In this document: positions 1-10,209 of the stretch, piece by piece
Position numbering within the stretch: position 1 is the stretch's first letter
Layout: the number at the start of each line of letters is the position of its first letter
Source: Perkinsus olseni
Taxonomy: Eukaryota
NCBI GenBank assembly: GCA_013115125.1
Contig: JABANN010000064.1
Coordinates: forward strand, 62,001-84,636
DNA length: 22,636 nt
Direction: 5' to 3'
Notes under the pieces: model-generated
What the model was told of the DNA's origin: nothing
Database searches by the model: none
Seen by the model: only the letters and a program-made list of their open reading frames with translations
Program-made: the position numbers and the translations under genes

Positions 1-1051
1 GTCGAGGCTGGGATCGAAGATTGAAGGACTCGTACCATGGTTAGCCATCGCAGTGGAGGGCTGAGGGTGGTTGAATTGTGGCTGAGGGTAGGCGGGTTGC
101 ACGTCCATTGATCGATAAGGCTGACCCGGGGGTGATGGCTGTCGATAGTAACCAGGCGGAAGAGGGTGCCCATTAGCCTGTGGAGGGGAGCCCGTCCCCA
201 CTAATCGTGCCGTCTTCAACTCACGACGGGCGGTGGCCATGGGCTCTGGGCTGCCATTGAGCTTGCCTGCTGTACTCCGGTGAGGTACATGGACAGCTGA
301 TTGGCCTGCTCCTGTACCAAATCACCCAGTCGCTAGCACCATCGTGGCGTGGGGGCTCACGTCAAATGACCTCGCCGATGCAATGAGGGTAGCCATTGCA
401 GTGAGCGCTGTCGTGTCGCCTGTGAAGTAACCATCCGCAGACGACGAGAGAGGCGTGCCCTTACTACCACTGCAAGCCAGGCGCACAGCAAGGGTTCGGT
501 CAGGGGTGGAGAGCTTGCCAGCATTGTGAAGTTCCGCTGTTGCTCGGAACACATAGCTCATGGTGGAGTCGGTGATGACCCCTTCAGGAGTCTGACCTGA
601 GGACCAGCCGTGTCGGCGTGCAGGCCTCAAGGCTGCTGCTCACAAGCTGTTGAAGGTGTGGTAGTAACGCCATGTTTGCCGCCTGGAGCCCCAGCGTGTC
701 TATTGCCACGCCGACTGGCGGGAATCCCAGCCCGAGTGAGTCCATTAGGAGTTGCTCGTATACCTGTACGAGAGCTGGCGATTATCAGCTGTGGTTTGAG
801 GCCCACCGTTAATGCTGCTAGCAGGGCTTGAGGCTGGTGACGGGTACTCCGACACGCTCGTATCCAACAACGAGTTGTACCTCTACAACGACACCCCTAG
901 TGCAAGCCGTAGAAAAATGAAGTTAATGTGGATCAATTGCGGTTCACGCTTTAGCAACAGTTACTGTGGCGGACAGCTCTTCCTCCTCGGGTATGGGTGG
1001 TGTGCCCATCAATGGCGATCTAGACAGGAGCATGCAGCCGGAAGGTCCCAT
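1..1051 (-). CDS. Hypothetical Pro/Gln/Ser-rich protein, multi-exon, 3' end outside the window
   Basis: Phase-consistent GT-AG splicing gives MGTPPIPEEEELSAT|RYNSLLDTSVSEYPSPASSP...|CQTPEGVITDSTMSYVFRATAELHNAGKLSTPDRTLAVRLACSG|DTTALTAMATLIASARSFD|EQANQLSMYLTG...PPPV|ANGHPLPPGYYRQPSPPGQPY. Start uncertain (in-frame ATGs at 1051, 1033, 1009, or an upstream exon). No family recognised. Confidence 0.55.
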
Positions 1052-1501
1052 GATGATAGACAACACACCCAGCACTATTTGGCTCACACACAAAGCCTAA
1101 GTAGGCGCACTTTGCCTTGTCGATATCTCAGCACAGTGTCAATCATGCGCTGATACGTGGATGTTGATCGATGAGAGAGGACAGCGAGCTTAGTTGTACC
1201 CGCTCGGGCGAGCGCTATTTGAATTTACGGCTGCCTTCAGCCAACGAGGGAAGCTCTTCCAAGGAACCTTTTAAATCAGCATGGTGTCGATGGAGTTCTA
1301 GGTAACCGTTGGTTCATTATATCATGTATAATGGGAATGCCTATGACTGAGAGGTTTGGGTCTTTTCTCGAGCCCCAGCATGTAGCGTTAAGCTGCTTGA
1401 ATCCGCCGCCTCGTAGCCTGTGATGGGACGAGTGAAGTCACGGTGGTATTGTCGTTACTGTAGTGTTTGCTTGACTCCCCTTCCTATTTACTGCGTCCAT
1501 A

Positions 1502-2862
1502 ATGGTCACAGTATCCCCGAAATGTGTCGCATGGTCGTTCTTGGCCCAAATCACCTTCGGTATCGTCAACTTCCTCATTTCCTACACCAATCTCCCCGGT
1601 GTTGACCCCTGGGCCGTCATTGGTTGGATCTGGCTCACCTCCGGCATCATTGGGATCGTTGTGGGCATCTATTTCTGGTACGTTTTTATCCATCATCTTA
1701 TCCTCGTTTAATAACCAAATCGCTTTCTTCAGGTGGAACCTTGGTGCGATGTTCTTCACCGATGAGCAAATGAAGGCTGCCGAGACCTACAAGCAATTGA
1801 ATGACCAGCTCCTTCCTCAGGAGTTGCCTCCTAACCGTTTGACCCTAGGCGCCAAAATCCTTACCATCATCGGAGGTAACGTCATCCCTCCCCGAGTTGC
1901 CGTTGATTTACCTTTCATTACTCAGGTATGTGCGTCGGCTGGTCCCAATTGATGATGAAGTGGGCCTTCGCTACGGACCCCAAGTCCACTGGTCCCTTGA
2001 CTGCAGTCATCTCCTCGGATATTATCGTAAGTCCATTCGTTCTCTCTAGTTCTCCTCTCTAGTGGTTTTCGAACCGGGAGCCCCGGTAATATCATCCCCC
2101 TGTGTTCAGGTCGTTGGTGTCTTCTGTCACTTCGTCTATAAGGAGAGGCTGTCCCCCATGCAAGTCTTCGCCATTTGCATCGTGCTCAGCGGTTTGGTGG
2201 TCATGGCCGTTGGTGATGGCGGAAGCGCCGGCAAGCTCATGGGCTTCGTCTACGCCATCCTTGGTATGCTTACCTTCGCCGCTAGTCTGTTGTGTATCCG
2301 ACAGAGTTGCAGAGATGGTATGGCTGCCTGGTCCGGGTTCATTGGCCGTATGGGTGTTATGTTCTTCATGGGTCTCATCGCCTTGATCTACACCGCCTTT
2401 AACCATACCTTCCTTCCCATGGACTGGTCCTTGTGGCCCGACATGTACATCTGGCCGCAGGTTGCTGGCATTTCCCAGGCTATTGGCGTGCTCGCTCTAA
2501 ACTACGCTCTGATGTACCCCTCTACTGGCCCTGTCAACGTTATCGTGGCATCCAACTCTATTATCGTCCTCGCCTTGAATTTCTTCATCTTGGGCCTTAT
2601 TCCCTCAACCTCGAAGCTCATCGGTATGGCCATTGTCATTTGTGGTGTTTCCCTTATCATTTTGTGGCAACCTAAGAAGACCCAGAAGGAGGAGAAGACC
2701 TACCAATCCCGTCGTGACGAGTTTATTAAGCGTTCGGTCATGCGCAGTGCCAGCATGGGTGGCAGCATCAAGTCACGTATGTCCACGGTCTTCCCTGATG
2801 AGAAGTCCCCGATGCCTCCCACTGCTCGCTCGGGTGCTGCTGGTGCCTTCGCCGTTGTATAA
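1502..2862 (+). CDS. EamA/DMT-superfamily multi-pass membrane transporter, paralog 1 (390 aa, 4 exons)
   Basis: Exons 1502-1677, 1733-1875, 1926-2026, 2110-2862 join in frame. About ten hydrophobic segments. Two-repeat DMT signatures: STGPLTAVISSD...VYKERLSPMQVFAICIVLSG and STGPVNVIVASNS...SKLIGMAIVICGV. Confidence 0.85.
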
Positions 2863-4213
2863 GTTTGTATACAACAATGAGCTGCTATCATTGTGCAACT
2901 TAAGTGGTGATAATGGTGATGGTGTTGGCAGTCATTATGGCAATGTTTGGCACGCCCCAATTGGTGGTATTTCGCACTGGTCCATCACGACTTGACGCTT
3001 TTTGAAATTGGTTGCTATGAAACATAATAGTTAGCTATGCTTGCTATTCATCAGTATCCAAAGGTCGCTTTTGGTATGGTCGCGCCCATCATGGCGGCAG
3101 CAGTGCCCGGTTGTTGTATCGATACTACTTTGAAAGCTGTTCGTATTCTTCCACTGGAGTCCTAAAGACTCCCGTTGTCTATTGCCTCTGTCATACTTAC
3201 CGTTGCTGTTAATACTACTACTGTGGCAATGAGTAGCTACCCTGCCAGGGACGTAAGAATCCTGCTACTGTACTAAAGATAACGCTATATATATACTTGG
3301 TCGAACAACCAATCTCGACTAATTATTCGCAATGCTTGTCCATAATCGATTGTTGTTCGTTACCAAATTCTCCACGTAACACGTGGTGGTGGACGATTGA
3401 ATACCCGCTATTTTGTGGTGTATGCTGCTGTTGCCTGAGCGAGGGTAAGGTGTATCCTTCGTCCTCATTTACAAGGAGAGTATTTCTCGCCATGCTGGAC
3501 TATTGTGTTCGCTCAATTAAAAAGGGATGATGAACTGTTACAAGTACGCGGCTTTCGTTTTGGCCTGCCTTCGGTTCGCCATCATACAGGTCTCGAGGTG
3601 GAGATACTTGCAGACGCCTGTGCGGCTCTTGCCTCGTTGGCTTGTTCATCCGGTACGTGTGGTGAGCTATTAGTGCGCTGTTGAAAGTGGTCGTATGCAC
3701 CGAGTGGTCGCCAAATCACTCTCGACACTTCTATGCCCGTCCTTTGGTGCCGTGTCACCACTCTGCTCGGCTCCTGGACATTCATGGCGAGCCGACCACT
3801 CGTTGCCTGGGGTGTGGTAGGTGTTCATGATCGATATTTGCCTTGCTATGTAATGCTCCTGATAAACCTCGGTGATTAGATTAGAGAGGCAAAGCAAGCA
3901 GCTGCTCGTATCACCACTTGCATTCAGTAGGTTAAGCAACTCGTGATGCGCTGGCAGTACTCTCACTCGGTGATGGGCTTGCAAGGCCTTCCCTTCTGCT
4001 TCATCCGCCGTTGTGCCACTCTATAGCCCAATACGCTAAGAGCACTAGAAGGTGGTTCAATAACTCCTGCACTAGCAATCGCGGGATCAAATCATACTGG
4101 TCTATATTATTACGACTAAGTAAGCTACAATGGACTAGCGAACTCTTCTCTTGTGTTGTGCTGTGGCACTGGTTATTCTCATCACAGTTTCTACGTTCCC
4201 TCTCCTCAACGGA

Positions 4214-5676
4214 ATGGTACACATCAAAAGCGGTTGCATCGCCTGGTCGCTAATAGCCAACATCATGTTCGGCTCCGCCAATTTTCTATTATCCTACTGC
4301 AATTCTCAGCCCGGCACCAGTCCCTGGGGTGTCGTCGGCTTGGTATGGCTGAGTTCTGGCTTCTGGGGCTTTCTCGCTGCTATTTATTATAAGTATGAAA
4401 TTGCCGTTGCTGCATGTTGCTATTCGCTCGTCTGTCAGGTTCACTATGGGCACTATATTTTTCAACGATCGAGATGTAGAATTGTATAAAACACGTCATG
4501 AGCAGCTTCCAGGCGGTGCCTTTTATTCTAAAGCTGACGGCAGTTCCGTCAGCGTCGGCTCGAAGTTGCTCACATTAGCAGGAAGTGAGCAAGCACTGTT
4601 ACTTGGAGAGTTTCTTCGACGATAGCTCTAATTTCAGGTTTATTTATCGGTTGGTCGCAAGTGATGATGCAGAGAGCATTTGCCACCGACCCTCAGTCAA
4701 CCGGTCCCCTCATGGCAGTATCATCCTCCGATATTATGGTACCTCCAATGCTTGAGTATACAACCATTACGCGTCTTCTATCAGGTTGTCGGTGTGTTCT
4801 GTCATTTCGTCTACAGTGAGAGGTTGACCTTCATGCAAGCAGTGGCCATCGTAATCGTCCTTACTGGTGAGTGCAGTTGTTCAACTTTCGTCGTCTGTAG
4901 ATCTCCTTCTTGACAGGTCTGGTGATAATGGCCGCCTTCGACTCGACTGTTGGTCACTTCCTCGGCTTCGTCTACGCCGTATTGGGTATGCTCACATTCG
5001 CCTCTAGCATGCTCGCGACCCGCTACACCTGTATCGAAGGCATGGCTTCTGGGTGAGTCTCGGCGAGGATCTTACGACTGTTGACTGGGTGAATCTTGTA
5101 GATCTCGGTTCACTGGTCGTATGTTGATGATGTTCATCATGGGCGTCGCGTGTTGTACCTGGCAGTGGTCCAAGCAAGAGTACGCAATCAACGATGGGGA
5201 TGACGTTATGGCCATGTAACACAGCCTCTTCACTCGAGAGCAGTTCCATCACTTCGTCTTTCCCTTCACAGGTTCTTCTGGCCGTGCATGTCCGGTATGG
5301 GTCAGTTCATCGGTGTCATCGCTTTGAACAACGCTCTCGCCTATCCGTCGACAGCGGTTGTCAATGTGATAGTAGCATCGAACTCTATTGTGGGCTTGGT
5401 GCTTGCTTACTTCGCTCTGGGTGTTGTTCCCACCCCGGCAAAACTCACTGGTAAGCTTCCTCAGCAGAACATGTTACGTATCGCCCACGGTTTTATTCAG
5501 GTATGTTCATAGTGGTGATCGGTGTGGTATTGATAACCGTATGGAAGCAAGACACTCCTCTGACTCACAAGGAGTCTATTTTGGAGGAGGCCATCGTGGA
5601 GCCCCTCCTCGGAGGGGGACATCGAACCCCGGTTACCGTTGCCGGTGATGGAGGCAGGAAGTCCTCAAGTGCGTGA
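4214..5676 (+). CDS. EamA/DMT-superfamily membrane transporter, paralog 2 (370 aa, 8 exons)
   Basis: Exons 4214-4392, 4439-4584, 4638-4738, 4785-4866, 4917-5052, 5102-5215, 5272-5450, 5501-5676, all phases consistent. Collinear with paralog 1 (AFATDPQSTGPL, VVGVFCHFVYSERL, GFVYAVLGMLTFA, YPSTAVVNVIVASNSI). Confidence 0.85.
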
Positions 5677-6759
5677 TTGTCTTATTCTCCACCCAAGCCA
5701 CCAGGGTCCTTCCTCTGAACGTATCAATTACAGCGTGTTTTCCTCATGTAGCGGGCTCGTCGATTAGTAGGCGATCAGGGTCATCGTTCCAATTGCGTTT
5801 GTCAAATTTATGATGTGAATTAACGGGATGACTATTATTAGTATTATAATAGTAATGACACTGTCCTACTTCTGAAAGAGTATTTCGCCCTAAGTATCAT
5901 GTTTCTTCTACCAATTTTATAGTGAATTCCCCAACTGATTGAAGACGCTCAATCCTGTATTCCCATGTGAAATGCTCTCTCCTTCACTAGGAGATTTCTG
6001 TTGCCTGATTTGTTATTATTCTCGTGAGGTAGCGAGTTTCTCGTTAGTTGTGAGCAATGGTGTTGGTCAATTAGAGTTCATTGCTCATGCTTTCTCAGAG
6101 CTCTAGCAAGCTTGGCCAGTCGCGGAACCGCGGTGTCGAGCTGATCGCTAGAGGCTAGTTTGCCGGTCGCAAACGCTGACCTTGATAAATGGTGACGATT
6201 GTGCAATATGATGAGACGAATCGAAGTTAGAGTTGGACTATTTTATAATTTGATTGGATCCATGATCTCTATTGGTCTACAGTGAGGTGTCGAGTTGCAT
6301 CGTGGGCTAATCAGCAGAAAGTATCTTCATTCCGATCAACACTTTGTCTACGTAACACGAATCGGAAGTACTTCACTCTTTACAGTAACTCCTCAAGTTC
6401 ACTCGCAGTCCGGACCGGTCAACGCACCAGATACTGCTGGAGGAACGCTCGGCTACTTGTGTGGTCGCCACACTGTGATGTCCTGAGCAATCCGTAAACA
6501 TGGTATTCACCACTTGGACTGCTTCCGCAATGATATTATTAGCCGCGTAGCGGATTTCAGATATCAAGAAACCGCGCAAGAACATCTTAACGGACGCCCG
6601 AGCCCACGCGGCACCCCCGTCCAAGGGGACTCGCAATTGCGGGTTTCTGTTCACCACGTAAGCGTGTTGGCGCTGTCGGTATCCTTCTTTCCGCGTTTGG
6701 CTCTAATAACTTTGGCTGTAGTCAATGACCATTACGAACGCAACAGCAACAGACGCTGC

Positions 6760-7541
6760 TCAAGCACTAGGTGTCTGGAAGAAGCCCGAGTTGGCGCTGC
6801 CTCGTAACCTTCCACACTTGAAGCAGTCAGTTGCTTGTTTGAAATTGATGGTCTGGCACTTCGGACATACCCAGTCTTGCGGCCCTAAGACAAGTGAATA
6901 GTCCAACGGATACAGACAAACCTCTAGCAGCCACAGGCCTCGATCTGCCATCCACAAAATGCATACGTGGGCATCGGGAACTGACCTGGTTTGTCTCCTC
7001 GCTTCGGGGGGCGGACTTTGGTATCCGGTTTGTGTCGCTCCGCCACGAATCCAGTCGTCGAGCTGACGATGGAGCAACTATCATCATCGCTCGGCCCATT
7101 CGAAAGTCACCTGCTCATTCCTGTCATCCCGAACGCTGTCGAAAAGGCCTTATCACGAGGGTCCCGCTCCCCACCATAACCCTGAGTAAACACACTAACC
7201 TTCTCTCGTGCTAACCGTGTCTTCTCCCGGTCACTCACGACACTTCCGAAATCCATCGGCAGCAGCATGTCATCGGCGTTCTCCTTGACTAGCTTTCTCA
7301 TCGCCTCCATCTCCAGCAACTCGTCGGCCTCCTTCGTTTTCTTACTATGCTTGTGATGCTTCTTGTCTCGCTTCTTCTCTTTCTTTTCCTTCATGTGTTT
7401 CCGAGAAGGGTTCCTATCCCTCGATCGAGATCGAGAATAGCGGCGATGCGACCGGCGCTCGGAACGCTCAGCCTCTTGCCTTTCCCGCGACCTCGAACGA
7501 CTTCGTCGATGTCGATCTCGAGAGTGATGCTCTCGGCCCAT
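6760..7541 (-). CDS. RS/Lys-rich protein with C-terminal RanBP2-type zinc finger (probable RNA-binding/splicing factor)
   Basis: Exons 7541-7111 (probable additional in-frame 51-nt intron at 7199-7149), 7062-6986, 6884-6760. N-terminal RSRSRSRER repeats and KKEKKRDKK. Last exon DWVCPKCQTINFKQATDCFKCG fits W-x-C-x2-C-x3-N-x6-C-x2-C. Confidence 0.8.
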
Positions 7542-7628
7542 GAAAACCGGCAACTTTGCATCAGCCCGCTCCGCTTCGCCCCACTGTAACACAACCGCAG
7601 TCTAGTTACATGTAAATTAATTTTATTA

Positions 7629-10105
7629 TTACACGGCCAACGTCACAGCAGCGACTACCTACGGCACAAACGGCAGCCCTTGTTGCGAGGCAAGGAGAGT
7701 CGGCAAACTCGCCGCCACTCCCTCAACTCTCGGTCTCTAGCCTGTGCCTTGCCGCTAGCATGGTACAGGAGGGCAGCGTTCCAATGGCTGATGTACTCAA
7801 AGCCGCCTCGTGAAGGGAGAGCCTCCAAGGCCAGTCGGTAGGCGTCTATTGCCGCCGTCCACTCGCCTTCATCAGCGGCCTCGAGCCCTCGTCGCCAGTG
7901 CCCGCAAGCATGGCTCAGCTCCGCCGCGACCTGCCCTGAACTGCCCAGAATCGGGCTCAAATTGAAGTGCTTGCGGAGCAGCTGAGCCAACGGCGACTCA
8001 TCGCGCTTCCGTGTGATCAAGTGTGACAGACACTCGACCCACAGGTCCCGAGCATCAGCCTCCAAGGAGTGGCCAGCGGGGACGGCCACCGGGCCAGCAC
8101 TGCGGCAGAGTGGACACGGGTAGTTCAACAAAGTAGGGGACAGGACAGAACGCCCTGCAGATGCCAGGACCTCAACTCCCTCGATATCGCCGTACTGTGG
8201 TGCTACTGTATGCTCCTTCCGAGGACTCGCTGGTGGCCTCTTCCTACGTTGCCGAACCTCCCTCCCCTCAGCCCTCTCCCCCGTGGCCCGTAGCGGAGAG
8301 GCCTCATGGCCCTCCTGCCGTGGGTTGTCCTCCCCCGATCTTCCACGAGCAGTGAAGTTCGGTGATGCGCCTCCATCAACTGGTTTGAGCGCTTCGTGTG
8401 AGGACACCCTCAAAGATGGTTCGCCTGTTTTCTGCTCACCAATGCTGTGCCCTCGGGGCGGCAGCAGGCTCTCGGAAGGAGACGATGATACTGAGAGTAC
8501 ATCGTGAGTACGAGCGGCCGTGGCGTGGTGGACCCGGGCAGCAGCCCTTGGACTAGCTACATGATAGGTTGCCGCCACTGCAGACCATTCAACCAACTGA
8601 CGAGTATGAGAGGAGGGGGCAACAGTCGGAATTGCAGCCCTATTGACAGGCGATGGCAGGATGCCTCCCTTCACAGTCTCCGACCCTTCCACCACCGCGT
8701 CCAGCGTACTGCTCCCCTGGCCGCCCTCCCCCGTGACAAGATCATGCTGCGGCACCTCCAAGCCTAGCAGATCCTCCTCCAACGGCACCACGTCCTCGAG
8801 GACCTCATCGAGTGCGGCAGACGTGCTCGGCACCACTGGCTTGGACACGGGACTGTCCGGACGACTTCGGGACATTTCCTCGAAGTCCTCTTCGTACTCC
8901 TCCTCAACCTCTACTTCAGTCGTACCCGGCACTGCGGCAGCCGGGGACTCGGGTATACTATCCAAGGAGCCGAATCTTAGGCGGACCGCGGAGTTGGCGA
9001 GTGAGGTAGAAGCTGTCGAGGGAGGGGAAGAGTCGGCCGTCGAGGCAAAGGAAGCGTCACCACCGACCATTCCATCGTGAAGAATGTCCACTGATGGTGG
9101 TGGTGCTGCTGGTGACGACGACGACGACGAGCTGCTGCTACCGAGGGGATGGTCCGACGCAGAGACCGCGGTACCCTCGGCTGACGAGGCTGCAGCCACG
9201 GTGGTGTCCTCATGGAAGGAGCTAGACCGATGCTGATCTACGCGAGCCTCTTCCGACTCGGCGCTCAGCGCGATGCTCTCCACCACAGCTCTATTCGAAG
9301 AGGATTCGCTCCTCGACGGCAGCCTGGTGACCTCATGTCCGATCGGAGGGGACTTTTGCCGGTGAACCCTCATCGTCTCCTAAGGGGAGCATGGTGTTCA
9401 GTCATACCGCATCACCCACCCTGAGACCCTGGAGCTCCTCCTGAAGCATGTTGAAAGTGGCTGTGAAGTCGCTGTCGTCTTCGACCCCTTCATTGACCGG
9501 AGGAGCCGACTCCCCCCGCAAAGGCATGCCTGCTTTGTCCCCTGAGGCAGACGCCAGAGATCTCCATAACGCAGCGGCTGGCCCAGCGGGCGGTGGCCCT
9601 CACCTGCCTCCTCCCTCCGCGGTGACGACTTCTGCAGCGTCAGAGTGACGGGATGAGGCGGCTAAAGGCAGGTCAACTACCCATCGTTGGGCACAGGTCC
9701 ATACTGCTTACGTTGTGAGACGAAGCGCCCTGGCCCAGCTCTGCGGGGAACCCACCCTTGCCCGGGATGTGCCTACAAGGCCTCCTCTCTACCTGTGGGC
9801 ATATCTTAGGATGACCCTACGCTAAGGGCGTATCCATGTGACCCTCAGTCTGGCTGAGGGCCACCACCTCATCAAACTCTTCCGAGATACGGCGAGCTAC
9901 CCCGGGCAGTGCCTGAGGAGCGGTCACCACTGTGGAGAGGAACTAGGATAGGGGAGACCCTCACTAGGCCTGTCTGGAGGTCCTCCCTCATCGTATTGAC
10001 CTCCCGCATGCTCTCTTCCATCGAGGCCAGCATTGACTCGAATATCGACGACGAGCGGCCTCTCGCTTCGGTAGACGACGACGAGGATGACGATGACGCT
10101 GCCAT
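7629..10105 (-). CDS. Large low-complexity hypothetical protein with C-terminal TPR-like helices
   Basis: ATG 10105 splices through five phase-consistent introns (QTGL|ALPGVARRISEEFDE...PLA|HIPGKGG...SHN|PPHPV...EAG|DKAG...LQGLR|ETMRVH) into the long ORF 9373-7655. HWRRGLEAADEGEWTAAIDAYRLALEALP and HWNAALLYHASG look TPR-like. A probable last intron gives ...EWRR|VVAAVTLAV* at 7629; otherwise the stop is at 7655. Confidence 0.65.
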
Positions 10106-10209
10106 GCCATGAGCTGTTCAGGTGACGTCCATCCTGCTCGACAAGGATCACCAGAAGGCAATAACACAACACCGCTCGTCCATGCAGTTGTTCGATTTCA
10201 ACGAAACAA

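Noticed and set aside
1070..1090. agcactatttggctcac resembles the dinoflagellate/Perkinsus spliced-leader end (CCATYTTGGCTCAAG)
   Set aside because: Only about 9 nt match, it is over 400 nt from the next + strand ATG, and it is explained as the reverse complement of a gtgagcc donor-like site.
3500..4050. Short minus-strand ORFs between the DMT paralogs
   Set aside because: No recognisable motif or convincing multi-exon model. A degenerate gene is not excluded.
6282..6807. Plus-strand ORFs with splice-like sites converging on and overlapping the zinc-finger gene
   Set aside because: I could not build a phase-consistent gene with a start codon, and saw no homology cue.
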